This document shows positions 50,320 to 56,005 of a DNA stretch of 56,005 bases, in pieces. The notes beneath the pieces were generated by a model. The model was not told the DNA's origin. It did no database searches and saw only the letters and a list, made by a program, of their open reading frames with translations. The position numbers were made by a program, and so were the translations under genes. The DNA is from Nemertoderma westbladi (taxonomy: Eukaryota; Animalia; Xenacoelomorpha): contig JAUCBJ010006203.1 in assembly GCA_032718475.1 (NCBI GenBank), positions 1 to 56,005 of the forward strand, given 5' to 3'. How positions within the stretch are numbered: the stretch's first letter is position 1; each line of letters begins with the position of its first letter.

Positions 50320-51497
50320 GGTGTTTAAATGGGATCCGAATTCTCCGGGATTTCCGGGGTTGGGAACGGGGTGTTTAAATGGGATCCGAATTCTCGGGAT
50401 TTCCGGGATTGGGAACGGGGTGTTTAAATGGGATCCGAATTCTCGGGATTTCCGGGATTGGGAACGGGGTGTTTAAATGGGATCCGAATTATCGGGATTT
50501 CAGGGGTTGGGAACGGGGTGTTTAAATGGGATCCGAATTCTCGGGATTTCCGGGATTGGGAACGGGGTGTTTAAATGGGATCCGAATTCTCGGGATTTCC
50601 GGGATTGGGAACGGGGTGTTTAAATGGGATCCAAATTCTCGGGATTTCCGGGATTGGGAACGGGGTGTTTAAATGGGATCCGAATTCTCGGGATTTCCGG
50701 GATTGGGAACGGGGTGTTTAAATGGGATCCGAATTCTCGGGATTTCCGGGGTTGGGAACGGGGTGTTTAAATGGGATCCGAATTCTCGGGATTTCCGGGA
50801 TTGGGAACGGGGTGTTTAAATGGGATCCGAATTCTCGGGATTTCCGGGATTGGGAACGGGGTGTTTAAATGGGATCCGAATTCTCGAGATTTCCGGGGTT
50901 GGGAACGGGGTGTTTAAATGGGATCCGAATTCTCGGGATTTCCGAGGTTGGGAACGGGGTGTTTAAATGGGATCCTAATTCTCGGGATTTCCGGGATTGG
51001 GAACGGGGTGTTTAAATGGGATCCGAATTCTCGGGATTTCCGGGATTGGGAACGGGGTGTTTAAATGGGATCCGAATTCTCGGGATTTCCGGGATTGGGA
51101 ACGGGGTGTTTAAATGGGATCCGAATTCTCGGGATTTCCGGGGTTGGGAACGGGGTGTTTAAATGGGATCCGAATTCTCGGGATTTCCGAGGTTGGGAAC
51201 GGGGTGTTTAAATGGGATCCGAATTCTCGGGATTTCCGGGATTGGGAACGGGGTGTTTAAATGGGATCCGAATTCTCGGGATTTCCGAGGTTGGGAACGG
51301 GGTGTTTAAATGGGATCCGAATTCTCGGGATTTCCGGGATTGGGAACGGGGTGTTTAAATGGGATCCGAATTCTCGGGATTTCAGGGGTTGGGAACGGGG
51401 TGTTTAAATGGGATCCGAATTCTCGGGATTTCCGGGGTTGGGAACGGGGTGTTTAAATGGGATCCGAATTATCGGGATTTCCGGGGTTGGGAACGGG
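50320..51497. repeat. 49-bp G-tract minisatellite (~24 copies)
   Basis: Unit gtgtttaaatgggatccgaattctcgggatttccgggattgggaacggg. Confidence 0.97.
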
Positions 51498-52858
51498 ACT
51501 ACCACCTTTGTGATCTTCACTATTTTGTTTGACGTAGAATCTGTTAAAGACTGATTTCGCTACTCGGAACCACTTAATCGGAACCTTATAGTTGCACTCA
51601 ATATCTCTTCTAGTGAACTTCAACTTCATTTCTATTTAACGAATATATATTTTAAACGTTTTCTATCTCCGTTGTATGTTTTCTGAGATTAATTCTTATT
51701 TCTTTAGAATAATTTTTGGCAATATATGATTCATATTATTCTGATTCTACTAAAAGCCATGGGAATTGGTCACTAAGATTTGGTTCCTTGTTTAATGCTA
51801 CATTTAGCTACTTTTTATAGCAGTTTCGGTATGATTAGTGATCAATTCACACTCAGAACATATTATTTAGTTCTCATTCGAATTTGGTATTTTCTTAATT
51901 AAATCCGCGTTCGCTTATGCGCGTGCTTGGTTTTGTAATTATTACTATAGTGTGATTCTCAATAAAAGTTACCAAATTGATAAATTAAACAATTTCACGA
52001 AAGTATTTCAAACTAAAGATATTTCGAGATCTCTTTTAGTGACATATTGGAAGCTGGAAGTAGTGCGGGTCATAGATTACATTCCAGAACTGTGTGCTAA
52101 TAATAGATGACGCAACAGTCGCAACAATTACGCATTTAGTTTTTTTCTGCAGTTTAAAATTGTCACGTTTGTCGTTGATATCTTTTCTGCCTATTTTTGC
52201 CATTTTTTCGTAAATGTTTTCATACAGTAAACTGCTAAACAATAACGCATGTAATTCTGGGCATCTCACTAGGCTCGTACAATTTATAAAGTTAGATGAA
52301 CCAGCCATTGGGTCTATCTAGTGTGTTTCAGCAAAGGCAAATTGTGTATTGCCTATTCTATAACTTGATAAAAGATTCTCACGATAAGAGATTCCAACGT
52401 CAATGAGATTCTCCTAACTTAAATCGCCATTCCCAATGCGAGAAGGCTATACCTACCAATCGAATTTCTCAATCATTTCTAACCAAATTTTCACCATTTT
52501 GTTCGGTATTAATTGGTCGTCATTTTAAGGCTTTTATTTCGGTATTAAAAAATACATGGGTTGTAATAAATTTCCGAAATCAAGAGGGAAGAAAAAGCAG
52601 TAAATAATATGTTATTATTTTTTTTATAACCCTATCTAATCTTTAACTATTATGTCAACATATGATAATAGTTAAGAAACAATATCCAAAATTTTCAGGC
52701 TTTCTAGCGTGATATAGGTTCAAAGTTATTTAAATAAAGTGTAAAAATGACAGACATGCGTTCAAATTGGCGAGTTTTCAAAACTAAACGGAAAAAATAG
52801 GTACTTTCTAACATTATCTAAGATCGGAATTTCAGTTTTGGCCACTTTTATTGAGAAC

Positions 52859-55800
52859 AACTTATAGTTCGGGGTCTATTGAGGCGTGTAAGAATAACTT
52901 ATAGTTCGGTGTCTATTGAGGCGTGTAAGAATAACTTATAGTTCGGGGTCTATTGAGGCGTGTAAGAATAACTTATAGTTCGGTGTCTATTGAGGCGTGT
53001 AAGAATAACTTATAGTTCGGGGTCTATTGAGGCGTGTAAGAATAACTTATAGTTCGGGGTTGAGGCGTGTAAGAATAACTTATAGTTCGGGGTCTATTGA
53101 GGCGTGTAAGAATAACTTATAGTTCGGGGTTGAGGCGTGTAAGAATAACTTATAGTTCGGGGTCTATTGAGGCGTGTAAGAATAACTTATAGTTCGGGGT
53201 CTATTGAGGCGTGTAAGAATAATTATAGTTCGGGGTCTATTGAGGCGTGTAAGAATAACTTATAGTTCGGGGTCTATTGAGGCGTGTAAGAATAACTTAT
53301 AGTTCGGGGTCTATTGAGGCGTGTAAGAATAACTTATAGTTCGGGGTTGAGGCGTGTAAGAATAACTTATAGTTCGGTGTCTATTGAGGCGTGTAAGAAT
53401 AACTTATAGTTCGGGGTCTATTGAGGCGTGTAAGAATAATTATAGTTCGGGGTCTATTGAGGCGTGTAAGAATAACTTATAGTTCGGGGTCTATTGAGGC
53501 GTGTAAGAATAACTTATAGTTCGGTGTCTATTGAGGCGTGTAAGAATAACTTATAGTTCGGGGTCTATTGAGGCGTGTAAGAATAACTTATAGTTCGGGG
53601 TTGAGGCGTGTAAGAATAACTTATAGTTCGGTGTCTATTGAGGCGTGTAAGAATAACTTATAGTTCGGGGTCTATTGAGGCGTGTAAGAATAACTTATAG
53701 TTCGGGGTCTATTGAGGCGTGTAAGAATAACTTATAGTTCGGGGTCTATTGAGGCGTGTAAGAATAACTTATAGTTCGGGGTCTATTGAGGCGTGTAAGA
53801 ATAACTTATAGTTCGGTGTCTATTGAGGCGTGTAAGAATAACTTATAGTTCGGGGTCTATTGAGGCGTGTAAGAATAACTTATAGTTCGGGGTTGAGGCG
53901 TGTAAGAATAACTTATAGTTCGGTGTCTATTGAGGCGTGTAAGAATAACTTATAGTTCGGGGTCTATTGAGGCGTGTAAGAATAACTTATAGTTCGGGGT
54001 CTATTGAGGCGTGTAAGAATAACTTATAGTTCGGGGTCTATTGAGGCGTGTAAGAATAACTTATAGTTCGGGGTCTATTGAGGCGTGTAAGAATAACTTA
54101 TAGTTCGGGGTCTATTGAGGCGTGTAAGAATAACTTATAGTTCGGGGTTGAGGCGTGTAAGAACAACTTATAGTTCGGGGTCTATTGAGGCGTGTAAGAA
54201 TAACTTATAGTTCGGGGTTGAGGCGTGTAAGAATAACTTATAGTTCGGTGTCTATTGAGGCGTGTAAGAATAACTTATAGTTCGGTGTCTATTGAGGCGT
54301 GTAAGAATAACTTATAGTTCGGGGTCTATTGAGGCGTGTAAGAATAACTTATAGTTCGGTGTCTATTGAGGCGTGTAAGAATAACTTATAGTTCGGGGTC
54401 TATTGAGGCGTGTAAGAATAACTTATAGTTCGGGGTCTATTGAGGCGTGTAAGAATAACTTATAGTTCGGGGTTGAGGCGTGTAAGAATAACTTATAGTT
54501 CGGTGTCTATTGAGGCGTGTAAGAATAACTTATAGTTCGGGGTCTATTGAGGCGTGTAAGAATAACTTATAGTTCGGGGTCTATTGAGGCGTGTAAGAAT
54601 AACTTATAGTTCGGGGTCTATTGAGGCGTGTAAGAATAACTTATAGTTCGGGGTCTATTGAGGCGTGTAAGAATAACTTATAGTTCGGGGTCTATTGAGG
54701 CGTGTAAGAATAACTTATAGTTCGGGGTCTATTGAGGCGTGTAAGAATAACTTATAGTTCGGGGTCTATTGAGGCGTGTAAGAATAACTTATAGTTCGGG
54801 GTCTATTGAGGCGTGTAAGAATAACTTATAGTTCGGGGTCTATTGAGGCGTGTAAGAATAACTTATAGTTCGGTGTCTATTGAGGCGTGTAAGAATAACT
54901 TATAGTTCGGGGTCTATTGAGGCGTGTAAGAATAACTTATAGTTCGGGGTCTATTGAGGCGTGTAAGAATAACTTATAGTTCGGGGTCTATTGAGGCGTG
55001 TAAGAATAACTTATAGTTCGGGGTCTATTGAGGCGTGTAAGAATAACTTATAGTTCGGGGTCTATTGAGGCGTGTAAGAATAACTTATAGTTCGGGGTCT
55101 ATTGAGGCGTGTAAGGAGATAACTTATAGTTCGGGGTCTATTGAGGCGTGTAAGAAGATAACTTATAGTTCGGGGTCTATTGAGGCGTGTAAGAATAACT
55201 TATAGTTCGGGGTTGAGGCGTGTAAGAAAACTTATAGTTCGGGGTCTATTGAGGCGTGTAAGAATAACTTATAGTTCGGGGCTATTGAGGCGTGTAAGAA
55301 TAACTTATAGTTCGGTGTCTATTGAGGCGTGTAAGAATAACTTATAGTTCGGTGTCTATTGAGGCGTGTAAGAATAACTTATAGTTCGGTGGTCTATTGA
55401 GGCGTGTAAGAATAACTTATAGTTCGGTGTCTATTGAGGCGTGTAAGAATAACTTATAGTTCGGGGTCTATTGAGGCGTGTAAGAATAACTTATAGTTCG
55501 GGGTCTATTGAGGCGTGTAAGAATAACTTATAGTTCGGGGTCTATTGAGGCGTGTAAGAAGAATAACTTATAGTTCGGGGTCTATTGAGGCGTGTAAGAT
55601 ATAACTTATAGTTCGGGGTCTATTGAGGCGTGTAAGAATAACTTATAGTTCGGGTGTCTATTGAGGCGTGTAAGAATAACTTATAGTTCGGGTGTCTATT
55701 GAGGCGTGTAAGAATAACTTATAGTTTCGGGGTCTATTGAGGCGTGGTAAGAAAGAATAACTTATAGTTCGGGGTCTATTGAGGCGTGTAAGAATAACTT

Positions 55801-56005
55801 ATAGTTCGGTGTCTATTGAGGCGTGTAAGAATAACTTATAGTTCGGGGTCTATTGAGGCGTGTAAGAATAACTTATAGTTCGGGGTCTATTGAGGCGTGT
55901 AAGAATAACTTATAGTTCGGGGTCTATTGAGGCGTGTAAGAATAACTTATAGTTCGGGGTCTATTGAGGCGTGTAAGAATAACTTATAGTTCGGGGTCTA
56001 TTGAG
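52859..56005. repeat. 37-bp minisatellite (>=85 copies) running off the window end
   Basis: Unit aataacttatagttcggggtctattgaggcgtgtaag, with a 33-bp deletion variant. Indels increase after ~55100. Confidence 0.97.

Noticed and set aside
50330-50343. GGATCCGAATTC (BamHI-EcoRI) as vector polylinker contamination
   Set aside because: It is part of a natural tandem unit with variants, and no other vector sequence is present.
52036-52308. 90-aa minus-strand ORF
   Set aside because: It has no recognisable motif and lies in AT-rich context, so it is probably a chance ORF or transposon debris.

Overview
Repeat-rich genomic DNA from an animal, probably an invertebrate (species not determinable). The main gene is the 3' part of a ZRANB1/Trabid OTU deubiquitinase on the + strand. 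Six coding exons (11478-11671, 28450-28717, 29289-29533, 35278-35507, 37091-37251, 45468-45531; about 1.16 kb) are spread over 34 kb and splice together in consistent phase. Upstream, probably in an earlier intron, lie an antisense degenerate BEL/Pao LTR retrotransposon (RT motif mutated to YMDG), a DNA-transposon end, and an RTE-like LINE fragment interrupted by a TA-flanked MITE. The most striking pattern is that three introns are inflated by minisatellites copied from the gene's own splice junctions. A 45-bp unit (exon end plus GTAAGT donor) occurs about 290 times, a 23-bp unit (exon end plus AAG|GTAAGT) about 340 times, and 22/42-bp units carry a branch-point-like motif, a CAG acceptor and the exon start. 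A fourth intronic array (45 bp) contains a strong acceptor-like site overlapping a CTCF-like motif. Further hairpin- and G4-forming minisatellites lie in intron C-D and downstream of the gene. Nearly all long ORFs in the ORF track are artefacts of these repeats.
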